A stretch of 64,000 nucleotides of DNA from Epiperipatus broadwayi (taxonomy: Eukaryota > Animalia > Onychophora), in assembly GCA_028023455.1 (NCBI GenBank), contig JAQFVV010000010.1, forward strand, positions 3,968,001-4,032,000, read 5' to 3'. This document shows, one piece after another, positions 27,721 to 42,150 of the stretch. The stretch's first letter is position 1, and each line of letters opens with the position of its first letter. The notes under the pieces are model-generated. The model had not been told where the DNA came from and ran no database searches. It saw nothing but the letters and a program-made list of their open reading frames with translations. A program made the translations under genes and the position numbers.

Positions 27721-27990
27721 TTACTGATGTTAATGCACACCTATATATATACAAGATTATATCTATACATTTGTATAGATGTCTGTTGGGTAACCTGGCA
27801 TTTATGGGTGACTATGACCCATGATATAACAAACACACCACAGGTGTACTAATGTTTGTATATATTGAATAACCATAGTAAGAAATGACCAATTTATAAA
27901 CATAATGAATTAATAGAATTAAATATATGTATGAAATAAGTGCTGGTTTTTTGAGTTGATATTTTAGGTCTAGTGTCCGAATGTTCTAGC

Positions 27991-28036
27991 TCTCCACTGA
28001 CGTGAGCCATAAGCTCGAAACCAGTTGGTCTGGAGA
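27991..28036 (+). ncRNA. Type I hammerhead-like motif with A9->U core change
   Basis: tctcca-CTGACGT-GAGC cataa GCTC-GAAA-CCAgtTGG-TC-tggaga. Stems I, II and III all pair. The stem II loop cataa resembles cacaa of the 6361 copy. Confidence 0.7.
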
Positions 28037-28709
28037 TGAGAGTGTTCTGGTTAGAGATTTTAAATATTTTCTTATACCGCACTTATTAATTAAAAGCTTG
28101 TTTGAGCTATTTGTATGCTCTCTGTGTGCATTTTTGTAACTACAAGCTTATTAAAAGTAACGTCACCTTATATATGACTTGCTTTTTTAATTATTAAACT
28201 AATCCTGTAAATAAAATAATGATTTAAATAATTAAATAAAAAGATGTAATTTCAATTTTTTTATTTTCAAATATATTTAAAAAATAATTAAAATAATTTA
28301 AAAATGAAAAAATAATATTTTTACAAACCATATTGAGATTTAAAAATATGTAAAAGTTAAATATTGTGTGGTGAAAAAATGTATATATAATAAAAAATCA
28401 TTAATGACCTTTCAAGTAACTTGATTGTGGTATATATTGTGAGTAGAAATTATCTTGTATATTGAATCAAATGGAAAAAGTAGAAAAAAAATATCATTAG
28501 ACATATAAGATATTAATTTAAAAAACAATGGATTATAATTTTGGTATCTGGGAAATATTTTTATGTAATAATATTGTTTTGGATTTTTGTAACTTATAAT
28601 TATATCAGTTGATCATAAATCTTTTGGAATTAAATACAATAAGTTTTAAGATAAATATTGCTTATGTTTATATTTATCTATTTTTAAAATATTTATATCA
28701 TAATTTTAG

Positions 28710-28756
28710 GTGCTCCTATGATGCCAATTAGTATTGGATTAATGCCTGGTGCGCCA
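28710..28756 (+). CDS. RBM25: 47-nt internal exon, (G)APMMPISIGLMPGAP, RBM25-like
   Basis: taattttag|GT GCT CCT ATG ATG...GCG CCA|gtgagt: phase-1 start, phase-0 end. Resembles the short RBM25 segment TPMIPVPMSIMAPAP that follows the MSFPP exon. Confidence 0.68.
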
Positions 28757-29782
28757 GTGAGTATTTTAATTATTTTATTTTTAATATGTTGTGTCCAAGA
28801 AATTAAAAGATATATTTAACATACATTATCAAACTTAAAGACCAAATCTAATGACATTTTTTTATTATTATATAATATAAATTTAAATCTGATAAAATAA
28901 AATATAGTAAAAACTTATATATTATTATTAGAAATCTCACAGTTAGTAAATAATTGAAACAGCTTTTATTAGCCACTGCAGGGCAAAAAGTCTGGAAAGC
29001 ATGTTTGAAGAAGTGTTCACTATGCTAATTGAATGCTACATGGTGAAGATTTATTATTTAGATTCTTGTTTTAATATCTAGCTAATAATAAATACTCATT
29101 TACTAACCAATAATTAAATGGCAACTGGATTTGTTTTGTAAAGTTATTCAAAACCGGAAAAAAACTTCCAAGTTTTATTTGACCTTGACTCTTATAGACA
29201 AATAGTTTTTTCAGTCTCTCTCCTTTCTTTACCTTGTTAACTCACTTATGCTAGGGTAGGACTTTAGTATAACGAGTCTTTCATGTCATTAGTTATCTCC
29301 TCATACTAACTATGATGATGAGATTTTGTGCTCGTGCGATATTTCTTTTATCTATCCACACAACAAATTTTGACTTAGAATTTTCTTTCTTTTTTTTCAG
29401 TTTTTATTCCATGGTCTGAAGAATTAAGAAAATAATGACAGAGACATGTTTAATAAGCTTTCAATATTTAATTGCAATTTTTGCTCAGAGAGCACAATCA
29501 TTAATGAAATGGATTGGAATTTGAGACACGAGTTTCAGCTGGGAAAAGATTATGCTTAGACATCTCTATTTATGAATGCTGCTGGTTACTATGGTAGTGA
29601 AAGAAATCTAAAAAATGTGGTCAAAATTGGCCTTTCTCATGCAATCTGATCGAATATTTATTAGTAATCTAGCAGCAATTTTCTTCTAATCTTACTATGT
29701 TTATGAAATTTAATGTAAGTTTTAGTAATCAATAGATATCAGATGATAATGCTTAATAAGTCATTATCCTATGCTATCCTAT

Positions 29783-29850
29783 CCAGACTAGTTTCTAGCT
29801 AGTTTATAAACAAAGATCATGAGGTGTTTTAGTAGGCATGTGATGTTTTA
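29783..29850 (-). mobile_element. Short relic of the same family
   Basis: Minus strand retains aacatcacatg and agaaactagtctgg. Confidence 0.45.
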
Positions 29851-30329
29851 TTGACTTATCAATCTGGTCAGGTTGTTGTGTCTGGAAGATTACTCATTAA
29901 AGCAGTAGAAATTATAATATCAGTAATGATGATTAAGCAGTAGGCAGTGTAGTATTAAAAGTAAGTATTATAAATCTTTTTTTTTTTTTTTTTAATGTAG
30001 ATACATGATATGTCTTAACTTTATTTGATGTAAACTCTACAAGATCTGAATGTAGGACAGCAATAAATTTTAAGATCATGCTCTCATCTTGCACAAGAAG
30101 TTTTAGTAGAATAGGTAAATGGGTACAAGGTTTTTTTGGAAGGACAGATCATTTAGTAAAAGGAAAATACATAGTGTTAAATTTTTAAAGACTAATAATG
30201 TTAAAACATGGCACTAGGGCTCATTTTACCAGTGCCTATGCTTCTCAACATTAGATTCAAACATAGAAAGTTTATTTTTTGCTAAATATTTTTATTACAG
30301 CAATATGATTAAAAGAGTGAATTTTTTTC

Positions 30330-32480
30330 CTCTCAACACTTCAATGTACATGTTCATACAAATAGTACACTTTGACCCAAAGTTGTTGGATATACATATA
30401 AATTGAAATGATGTACTATTATTGAATTTTTGCTCAACATATGGATTGATTATCATATATGCTTTGTTTTAAAAAGTCATTATAAAGAAACATGGATGCA
30501 TCCAAGCTCAAAACATTTAATAGATTATATTATAATTAGTATGCAGACTACATCAAAAGTATATATTATGCAAGTACTTAAAGTGCAGATTGCTGGATGG
30601 ATCATAGTTTAGTATTGTTGCATTAAAAATTATCATATTCCAATCATATTCGCACCATAAAATGGATATTTAGGAGTAGCTATTTCATGCTCAATTTTAA
30701 CAGCTATTAAACACTAAAATTTCTAATTTGGCATATTAAAATTGCCATGTTACTATGGCACAGAATTTTCTTAAGCAGTGTATTAGATTCTGGAATTCAT
30801 GAAAAAGAAATGTCTTTTCTACCTATGATATTATTATTAGTGACATGATTTGTGGCATTTTTTTCTTGGCAGAGTATTAAACATGGAGGTTTATAATAAA
30901 TAGAGATTTAAAGACAGAAGTTCAACATTTGACAAGAAGAGTTAAAAATGATAGATGGCTTAACATTATAAAGGATATAGACATTCATAGATTGTAATCA
31001 TTTTTGCACTGAAAAGCAACATATGAATCTGAGAAACAGTATCATAAATATATTATATTCAGCAATGGCACTCTTATATGGTAATGGTATTTCAAACTGA
31101 TGGAAAAAATATTTTGATCATTATTTAAATAATGATAACAAGAATTGAGATACAACCTTTAATGATATATTCATGTTATCTGCTCATTTAGATTGGCATA
31201 AAGATACCCTGCTTAGTGAAGTCAAAACCTTTTTATAATCTTAAAAATGGAAAGTTGGTCTTGATGAACCTGAAGGGAGTTTTAAAATATGGTGGTGATA
31301 CATTAGCTTTAAAATATTTGAATTTTTTAGGAATATATGAATTGATAAAATTGTATTGCTTTATCATAAAGATATCTCCTTTGTTCCAATTTTTTAAAAT
31401 AAAAGAAGTAACAACATTGCATGGAATATTGTTATTGTCCACTACAACAAAACTACTTCCAAAAGTTTTGTTTAATAAGTTACTTCCTGTTTTTGATGAA
31501 TGGTTACCAGAGAGACTCTCAATATTGTTTTAGAGAATCAAGAAGCACAAATAGGTATGATTTTGTTACTAGATAAATGCAAAAATAGTGTCAGAAGTAT
31601 ATTGCTTTGCCCAAGGCATTAGACTCACTTAATTGAGAAGTTCTGTGGCATTGCTTGGGATTAGATGGTTATCCATCAAAAATTGAATCAATTAAAACAA
31701 AAACTTCATCTTAAATTCTGGATGTAAGGGTTGCTGATGATTATGCCATTTTTGCCAATAACAAACGATAATCTACAAAATAAACTTAATATTTTGAATA
31801 CAACATATAAGTGTGGTTTAGTAATTGATGCTGAAAAAAATCAAGTTCTTTATCATCAGTGATAGAAGAAAAGTCTTAATACACTTTTAGCTTGTATGTT
31901 TATCAACTTGAGAATGGAAACCAACATAAATATTTGTTAATTTTTATGTAAAAAGATGGAATTTTCATGTTGAGGTGTAGTGCAGACTAATGTGATGCCA
32001 CTATTTATCAAGTTAAAGGATAGGATTTCATCACAGGAAATAACTATTACAACTAAATTCGCTGTATATAGAACTGTTATTTCATCTAATTTATTATATG
32101 GAAGTGAGATTTGAACAACCTTTTGATATATCATAAAGACATTAGAAAAATTTCATTTAAAGATCTTCATAAATTTAAAAAAGTATGTTTTTCACAGTTC
32201 TGGATGACAGTCCATTGTTGTAAAATCACTTCTATTGGATTGGACATGTGAAGTGAATGAAGAATGCAATATTTAAAAAAAAAAAAAAAAAGTTTTTTGA
32301 ACATGGTTTTTGTGGGAGAAGTAGACCCTGTTTATTTTGTAAAAGATTTTCTCAAAAATATTTTAAAGAAATGCAAAGTTGATTGTTTTCATTGGGAAGA
32401 TGTGGCAGAGAATAATAAATATTGGACAACTACAATTAGGCACAGTGTTGAAATATTTAAAGCAAAAGTTTCCTGCAGAA
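30330..32480 (+). mobile_element. Decayed RTE-BovB-like LINE
   Basis: TWMHPSSKHLIDYII (endonuclease), ADD relic at about 31733 and C-terminal WEDVAENNKYWTTTI...FK, as in RTE/BovB ORFs. Confidence 0.7.
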
Positions 32481-33259
32481 GTTAAAAATAATATCACATA
32501 TGTAACAAAAAAAAAAAGAAGATAACAAACCAGTTTGTTCTATACTTGGATTTATTTGTGATTAACAGATTCTGATTATAATATTGATATATTAGTTTTT
32601 TTTTATTTATGAAATTGGAACAATACTTGATTGAAACTGTCTGCTGATGATGGCGACATTATTCTTTATTATCAATGATCTCTCATTTATAGTAGATCGT
32701 CCCCCCCCCCCCCACCAAGCTTTTACAAAAAATTTAAATGTTATCTTAAAATTTTTTATTATTTTTAATTTACTAGTTCTTAAAAATAAACTTGAGATTG
32801 CTTGGAAATTAGCTTTAATTGAAAGTCTCCCTTCTAAATAATCTACATGTTAAATGTTTGTTTTCATATTAATTTTGAGCTTCTAACTTTTTTCTTCATA
32901 ATATTTTAGCTGCATATTTAAAATAAATGTTTCATATTTATTTTATTTTGTATTGCATTCATAATTAGAAGTAAGAATTAATATATTAGCATTATTGACT
33001 GACTTAAAGTTTATCACCAATATTTAAATAATATGCAAACTTAATGTATATATAGATTTGTATGCATATAAATATATAAAACATTATTTACTCTTGTAAA
33101 GATAATTAACTTTGGATATCTTTTAAGAATTTTATTTTATCATTCTATACGTTTTTTTTCTTTTAATTCTAAAGATAGGGAACTACCAGTTTCCTATAAA
33201 ATTTTCATTTCTACTCATTATTATTTCATTGCAGTATAAAGGTTTTTCCAAATTTAATC

Positions 33260-36200
33260 CAGCTTCAGCCAGTTCACAACTTATTGAACTCTGCTTATCA
33301 TTCCTGCAAATATTCCAATGTTATCAATTCTCTTTACACACAGTCTCTTTCTAGATCTTTTTCAATGTCTTAGGGTGCAGTTTAAAACTTCCATTGCTCA
33401 CCTATTCTTATCTTCTCTAGTGATATATCTAACCCTTTTTTATTTCAACCTCTAAATTTTTTTTAATGTCAGTGATATCTATGTTTTCACCCATGTGCTT
33501 CATTTTCAATTTGCCTTTGCTATTTTCAACAATCTGTCAATATTTTGTTGTGTCATCCAAAATTTCTTTTTCGTTCCTTTTCAAACATTTAGATATATTT
33601 CTTTTTATTGTTCAATTATTTCTAACAAATACTTTCAAATTTTCTTTTGTGATTAATTTCATCCTTTTCCTTTTGTATTTATAAACTGACCAAGGTATTT
33701 GTTATTATTAATTAGTTTATTAAATCATTTTTTGAAAGCTACAGCACACGACCTTAGTCCTTTTGAGCATTTATTTTTAGTCTTACTTTCATCTAATAGA
33801 TATTGTAATACTTGTTGAATCTATAAAGAACTTATATTTATTTATATTTTTTTAGTTTCTCATTTAATTCACAAAGCATTTCCTGTGAAACTGTAAAAAG
33901 ATTTAGGAGTGGAATCACCCTGCCATATATGCTTATTATTATTAATCTTTTTTGATGCTATCATGTAGTGTAAACATTGCGTTCATATTTTAATAAATAT
34001 TCTTCAGAATTAAATAATATTATGAATGTATATCTTGATGATTCAAAGCTTTAATCACTATCAAAATGATTTTGATAAATCTACACATCCAAAGTATAGT
34101 TGCAACTTATATTCATTGGTTCTTTCTATAACTTCATTTAATACTTGAATGTGGTCTGCGCTCTTATATTTTTTACGTCTAGGTTTTTTTTTTTTTGATT
34201 GTTCTTCATATGTAATTATAATGATCTTAATACAGATCAGGTATAGAACTAACAGAAGATTGGTAAATCTGTTTGTATTTTTTTTTTTTTCAGCTTTTTT
34301 AAATATCAACCATTGTTACAATCATATAGTATATCTTTATTATTTAAATATGTGGTATATAGTTTTGTCAGCAATTTTTTTTATTTCTTCATCTGCTTGT
34401 TTTAAAGTATCTATAATAATTCCATTATATTTTTGAACTTTTCCATTCTTCATAGATTTAATTGCATATATTATTTACAATACTCATCATTTCAAAAGGT
34501 GTTCTTATTATTGTAGGAGTTACTTTATTTTTTTTACTCTCTATTATTATATATCCCTTGACATAACAAACAATTCCATATATTTCATGATGCTATTTAT
34601 TTTGTTTTCAATTATGCTATCTTTTTTATTGCTGAAGTAATTTTTCTTCCACTATTAAGATGAATTTTTTTTTTTTTAGGGTTTTTATATATCCTTTATT
34701 GAAAATTATTCATAGTTATGTATTTTATTATATCATCATTAATTTTTTTTTGTACATTTTTAATGGATCATTACACACACACCCCATATATTGTCTTGTC
34801 TTTGAAAGTTTTCTGAATTGCAGGGTTTTTTAAACCAGTTTTATCTATGCTGCTATTATTAGGTAGTGTTCTGTTCTGTTGTGTTGGCTGCTTGACAGCG
34901 CTATTTCTAGCTAAATTGCTAGAAATATGCCGTTTCCATGGCCGCAGCCAAGCAGATAGCCTTCTTTCTACAATAAAACAAAGAAAGAGTCTGTTTACTC
35001 GACTGCCAGATACCGCGGCGGCTTTTTTTCTATGCTAAAAGCACAGAAAAATACCTTCATTGGCTGCTGTAGTTGCTTGTGTTACGCACTTTATCATTAT
35101 GCTGGGTTGTCTATTTTCGCTACAATATCATGTGAGAGGGTGTGTTGACTGCATCGTGTTTAAATAATTGAACTTTTCAGGTCCAACTTTTTTTTTTTCA
35201 TGTGAACTGACCTACTGGTACCTTCTAACAGTTTTAACACTGTCGTCACTGTTCCATCAGGACTGTGTAACCATCACAAATTGGAATCTAGGGTGCGACA
35301 CAGCACTCTATCGAAGATCCGGAGGAAAGTAGCGTATCCACAGACATTGTCCGAGACAAGTAAGATGGCTGCTTTGAACTCTGAAAATTGGCAATTGTCA
35401 GACACCGGAGTCGACTTTCATTTTAATAGTTTGTTATAATTATTAACTTTAGTGGGTAAATTGCAATCTAATTTACTTTATTACCCCAAAACGCAGTGTC
35501 TGATTAATTACTATCCAAAAAAGGGTAAAATTTACTTTTATTTTTTATTACAAAAAGTGTACCGTAACTTTTCTGATCCACACACACAGCCACACCCAAA
35601 GAAGCCCGTCTCTCTGAATAATTCTCTGCTATATTTACTATTATTTGTTATTAAAAAAGTAACATAACTCTTTATGGATATCCACACACACATACAAAAA
35701 AAATGCCACTCTCTGATTAGTTACTGTCCCAAAAAGGTCAAAGTCAGCTTTTATTGTAAAATTTTGTTTGAATTTGTTAAATTTTGTTGAAAAGTTGTAA
35801 TATAATTGACTTTGATTTCAAAACACAGTGTCTGATTAATTAAAGTCTTAAAAAGACTAAAATTTACTCTTATTTTTTAGTTAAAAAGGAACGTAACTTT
35901 TTATATCCACACACACACAAAAAAGCCATTCTCTGATTAATTACTGTCCAAAAAAAGTCAGCTTACATTTTTGTATTTTGTTTGAATTTTTTAATTTTAT
36001 GAAAATCGTAATATAATTTACTTTTATTTCCTATTCCAAAAATAAAGTCAATAGTTCTATAGAATCGCTGGCCTGGGAACGTTATATTATCTGTGTTTTT
36101 GCTTAGCATCAATGCCATCAAGCAGCTGACACGGTAGAACAGAACACTACTTTACTATTTGTCTTACGATTTCATTTAACTTTGGATCATGTTTGAAATC

Positions 36201-36900
36201 TGCTAAAATTGTAAAACAATTTAAAATTTATATCAATCTTAATAATTGTTTGTTTTAAAAGATTTTATAGTTTTGCATTAGCACAATATCTCACTAATCA
36301 TTGATTCTATTAACTGTACATATATTCTATTTGTCAAAATATCTGATTCTGCCACATTTTCATTTGGATGCTTCCATGTTTATTTCCACTTAATTATTTT
36401 TCTTAGAAAAAAATAGAAGGAATTCATAATATATTTGTTTTTCTTTGAAAATAACATAATTCTGTGGTCTCTTATTTCTTTGTCCATATCCAAATTTATC
36501 CACTGCAATTTCAATTGATTTTCAATTTTAGCATTAAAGTCTCTTGTGACAATTTAAAAATATTATTTCTGTCTGATATCACTTATTCTATATATCTATA
36601 TAAAAGTCCTTTATCACAGTGTGAGCTTTTGATGAATTTGAATCTTCCATTAAGCTGAATAATTAATCTTTCTGCTCTCTCAGATATATTATCAATCTTA
36701 GTATTGTTCTTCCATCTTTGCTTATGATAAATTCCATTTCACTTATATTTCCAATATTTATGTCTCTTTTGTAATATACATGCTGTCCGCTTTTCAAATC
36801 ATTTGTTTTTCTTTTAACTTCATAAAGTTTAGCAATATCTCGATTAATATTGGTTAGTTTCTTTTAATTCATGCAATGTACGCAGTTAAAGTAAAGACAA
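33260..36900 (-). mobile_element. Decayed RTE-like LINE, interrupted by TIR copy 2
   Basis: ADHIQVLNEVIERTNEYKLQLYFGCVDLSKSF at 34061-34160; outer limits approximate. Confidence 0.6.
34858..36154 (-). mobile_element. Non-autonomous TIR element (family copy 2)
   Basis: Inverted ends gtagtgttctgttct...gctgcttga. Shares ataacgtt.cc.ggcc, aaacggcatatttct and agtaaacagact with copies 1 and 3. Internal tandem subrepeats at 35430-36040. Confidence 0.7.
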
Positions 36901-39469
36901 ACATCAAATGGCAGCTTAGATTTGTAATCAAGGAATTCTTAAAATTTTTGCATTTAGATAACAACTGCTACTTTAGCTAATAGTTTTCAGTATTTTGGAA
37001 ATAAGAAACATAATTTAATTTTTTAAAATCTTGGTTACAAATATATATAAAAGATAATTAATACTCAAACACACTTCAAGGAAACACTGATCAATGTTTT
37101 TGTTAAAAGATATAGTGGTATTATTTTGATTTTAAATTCAGAAGTGAAAAACAGTAAACTCCATGTTAATTGAATCATATTGATAAATGGATTATCATGT
37201 TAATGTTTTCACAGTTATAACAATTGTATCAGCTAAAATATCTGGAGTGAATGATAGAAAATTTATCTTGCTCTTTTTTAAAAAAAAATCTCGAAGGGGA
37301 ATCAAAGAGGTTTTTTGCAAAATTATTCTTGTGCTTTCTCTCTCTCTATATATATATGGAGACTATATTTATTTCAATCTACCATTAGACTTTTTTTTTT
37401 TCCTAATAATTTTCAAAATTTGCAATTGTAATGGATAGTGTTATATATCCAAATTTCAAAATAGAAAAATTTCCTGCTACTTTTGATTTTGGGAAAAATT
37501 TGGAATCAAAAAAATTTAACTGTAGTATTACTAATGATAAGTAAGCCATTGAAATTTTGTTCAATTAACTCTCCAAATCAGGCATTGATATAGCCATCTT
37601 AAGCCTCAGAAAAAAAAAATTGAAAATTCTTAATGATGATGGCCAGTATAATTGCAATTTGACAATGGAGACTGATAAATGTTTTGATGATTGGTTTAAT
37701 GTCTTCACTTAGCTACTGATATTCTAAATTTTTATTCCATGTTGGATCAATATTCTGACAAATTTTACTTTTTGGCAATTTTGAGTATGATTTAAAAGTA
37801 TTGTATTTTTTTCCTTTGTTAAGCATTCAGTCTCATTAGATAATTTGTTTAGAGGCTTGGATTTGAGAAAGCTCTTTCAATTATTCATATAATTTTAATT
37901 TTTTTGTTTACCAGTTGCTGAGTCCACAATTTTTGTGATAATCAAACTATTTTGTTTGCCTTTTCTGTAGTTGTTGTTTGTTTGTTTCACTTTTTTGTTG
38001 TTGTTGTTGTTGTTCATTTATTTATATATAATTTTATTCATGCAAGTTTATTAAATTTTAAGTGATTTTAAATGGTTTAACTGGAAACTGTTTGTGCAAG
38101 ATAAATTTTGTAATGGAATTTTAATATACTTCTGTCAAATGAATTTTCATCATATTTTATACATGTTAGAAATCTATGACAGTGACATATTTTAGAATTG
38201 TTAAGTGGTGTATATAAACTAAGGATGTTGGCAGATCAAATTTCAAACAGTATCGTAAATTTTTAATGATATGCATGAGAGGGCGGCATACTTTTTAAAC
38301 ATTTATTTTTAAAAAAGGTTATTAATTAGAAATAAAATATTTTAATTGATTGTAAAAGTTGCTTCTTTTAAAATGAATGAATTTTTATATTTTCTTGATT
38401 CAAAGTTTCTTTTTTTTTACAACTTTTTTTTCATTTACAAAATAATATTGGAATGAGCGAATGTTAATGGACTAATAATAATTACAAAAAATATCCAAAT
38501 ACTAAAAAATTAAAATATATAAAAAGTATAATAAATAAACACTTGCTAGGCACAAAAATGAAAAAAATAATTGTTTTTTTTTTTCCAACTATAATTGGGG
38601 TTTTTATATTTAACTTGAAAGGAAAGTATGGCATATTCAAAAATTAATGAACTTAATATTTAGTTTTTACAACAAGTGATTGAATTAATTAATTTCTGGA
38701 TACCCATACTTGGACGAAACCATTATTTTTTGACTTTTTAGTGCATATTTGATATATATATTTAAGTAATATCAACAAATACATTTTACTTATAAATGAA
38801 TAGGCATGTAATTTGCATTTTTTCGATTTTTATTTGAATAATAGTTATTCATTTACAAAATATTTATTAAAAAAATGTCTTTAAAGAATTTTGTGTCAAA
38901 GATTTTGATTATTTAATTTTAGTTTAACATCTTGTTTGAAAAGGTGGGGAGGGGGCAATAATGAAGTGAATTTTAAATTAAGGCAGTTTTATAAAGTGTG
39001 TAATGTGTTTTGAGAAATTACATTGTAAAAATAACTGTGCTTGTAGATATTACATAGTTATAGTCTAAAAAAAAATTAAAATATTAATGTTATATATTAG
39101 GCTGCAGAAAGGATTTTGCTATTAACTGAAATGAAATCTTCTGTTTCCTCTTTGAGATCTTAAAGGAACTGAGTAGGGCAAATTCCTACTCTCTACTTGA
39201 GATATTCTTGTCATTATAGGTATTATTACTTTAAGGTTTATTAATATAGTAATGGAGCATAGATGGGCGTTCACCAAAATGCATCATTTATTTCGGAGTT
39301 TAAAATCAAGAAACATCAGTCTTTTGTATCAGTTTCTGATAATTCTTAATTGAAATATTATTTGAGTTTTTTTGAAAGCAGAATGAATATGTGTGAATAA
39401 ACTTATATATGTATATAGATATTTGCAACCATGATAAAGTAAATTCGTAGCATTGTTCCTAGGAGACCA

Positions 39470-42150
39470 TAAAGTCACCAACTAAAATAATAGTTGATGG
39501 CCGAAAAGAGAAGATGCTAATAAGTCGCCTAATTATGGACCCAAACTGCCATTTGATAACAAGCTTTTAGTTAGCAACTTATAATTGCAGATCACTTTCA
39601 AGTGAAGAATGTGGGCATGAATTAGAACTAATCATTATTATATATGACACTTTGAGAAGTTAAAAGAAAAAGTAAAGAGACAAATAATTTAAAAAGTGGT
39701 CATGTACTTTACTACAAAAACACAAATATTGGAAGCACAAATTGAGAGGGAGTTATTACAAATAAAAAGTAGAACAACATTGGAGAGAATGATTGATTTA
39801 TGACATAAGTGGCAAAATTATTTGTTCAAATTAATGGAAGATAGCAAATGCACAATTCAGATTTATGTTTCAACAAGTTTTCATTTTAATGAAGTAGAGA
39901 ATTTTTATATGAATATACAAAATGGTTTTGATTAGACTAAACACTATTTTACAATTGTTATGGGAGACTTTAATGCTAGAATTGGTAAACAATTAAAAGA
40001 TGGAAGTTCTGAGAGTAAATTGGTTATGGTGATAGAATTGAGAGGAGACTTAGACTTGTGAATTTTCAGAAAAAGGAAAACTATAATTTATAGTACAAAT
40101 TATTTCTTTGAAAAAAAAATGCTTAATGGAAATTGGACATGGAAGCATCCAAATGAAAGTATAGTAGAATCTGATTATATTTTGACTGACAAAAATATAT
40201 ATATTTCAACATTGTAATATTTTTAATAGATTCAACACAAGAAGTGGTCATTGATTAGTGAAGTATAAGATACATGTTAATTTAAAAGTAGTGATATGAA
40301 ATCATTAAGGAAAACAATATTAACAGTTACTATTCCTAATCATCAGAATCATTCTAATGAATTTAAATTAAAAGTTGCAAATCATTTTAAAATATTAACA
40401 GATTTTAAAAAAATGTTCAGACTTCACTGAAATGAATAAGAAGAATAAGATTGGTACAAGAAGCAATTTACAAATTAATTTTCTATTGAAGAAAAATTTT
40501 AAAAATGAGCTATTAAGAAGAATTGAATATCTAGAATTGTGCAAAAATGATATGAAAAAGAATTAATAATAATGCAAAAAAAAAAAAAAAAAAATACAAT
40601 TGTGAATTGGCAAAGAAAGCTATAGAAGAGAATAAAAGTCTCAAAAATGTAGAACAACTCCTTGATTTGAAAAGAAAATTATTTCTGAAGTAAGAAGAAA
40701 AAATGAAACTATTTTTAAAAAGCTGATATCATGGTATGTTTGGAAAATTTTTATAAAGAATTATATAATAATGCAGAACAAAGTATTTCCTACATTTATT
40801 ACATCTGAATTATTCAGCATTTTAAATGAAGATATAAAATGTCCAATTAAATTTATAAAGAAGGAAAAAGCTCCAGGAAATGATGAATTGTAATTGATAT
40901 CTTAAAAAAATCAGATGAAAAAAATAGAAAAATTATTGGCAAAATTATATAGCAAAAATCAGAATGATTGGAAGAATGCAGTAGTAACATTTGATATTTA
41001 AGAAAGGTAATGAAAAAGATATTAGAAATTACAGATTTGTCTATCTTTTATCAGTTTTAAATAAGACAGCAAACTTTTGCATTTTAATCAACCAGAAGAA
41101 TAAATTGGATTTCAAAATTGTTTTAGCAGATTTAGGGCAGTTGTAGAAAGGAACAATGAATACTAGTTGCAGTTATGCTTTGGATTTGTAGATTATGGTG
41201 ATGCATTTGATTCTATGAACATTTTTACAGTGATTTAAACATTGTATCATGAAAATGTAGATCCAGGATATTGTCATATTCTGATGAATATTTGTAATGA
41301 TCAGAATACACGGTGATATTAAGAAGATTAACATTGAGAAACATGTAGGACAGGATGTTTTTTTAACAATTTTACAAGAAATATTTTGTCAATTAAAATG
41401 GGAAGCTAAGGGAAGAAAAGTAAATGGAAATTATTTAAGTCATCTAGATTTTGGTGATGACGTGGATATTTTTGCAAATAATGCTCCGGAAATGTGCAAG
41501 AGTTATCAGGTGAAAGTAAGAAAGTAGAACTAAGGATAAATATTAAAAAAGGTTAAAGTAATATTCAGTGGAATTTCTCAAAAAATAAAAAGATTGTTAA
41601 TGATGAATTAGAATAAGTTATTAACTATAAATATCTTGGTCAGATTATTATTGAAGATTGAAACATAACAGATAAAATTTAACATAGAAATAAACTTGGA
41701 TGAATTGCTTTTGATATAAATAATTAATATTAAAACGGAAAAATGTGTCTATGTGTTCAAAAAATATTTTTAATAAATGTGTTTTTCAGTTTTTATTTTT
41801 GAATCTAAGACTTGGACACCTAACAGAAGCACTGTTCAGAGACTTCAGATCATTCAATGAAGTATGGAGTGATATATGCTAGGAGTAACAAGATGAGATC
41901 CAGTCTAAAATACATGAATGAGAAAACAAACAAATATTACTGATATTTTTGAAAGAATTATGAAACCGAAATAGGACTAAACTAGAACTTTCTGGTTGAA
42001 GAGATTATAAGAGATGGATAGTCGATGTCTTAAACAGAATTCTAAGAGATTGAAAAATATTTATAATCAGACTATATGTAAGATGAATGGATGAAATAAG
42101 GAAATTTGTAGTTTTGTTATGTAGAAGAGAAACTGAATCTGAATTACACT
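39470..42150 (+). mobile_element. Decayed RTE-like LINE (EN-RT)
   Basis: VMGDFNARIG, WTWKHPN, DYILT, FVDY..AFDS and HLDFGDDV relics. Confidence 0.8.

Noticed and set aside
32633-32665. gaaactgtc...CTGATGATGGCGACA resembling the 6361 ribozyme
   Set aside because: No stem II partner or downstream GAAA, and no room for stem I in a type II arrangement.
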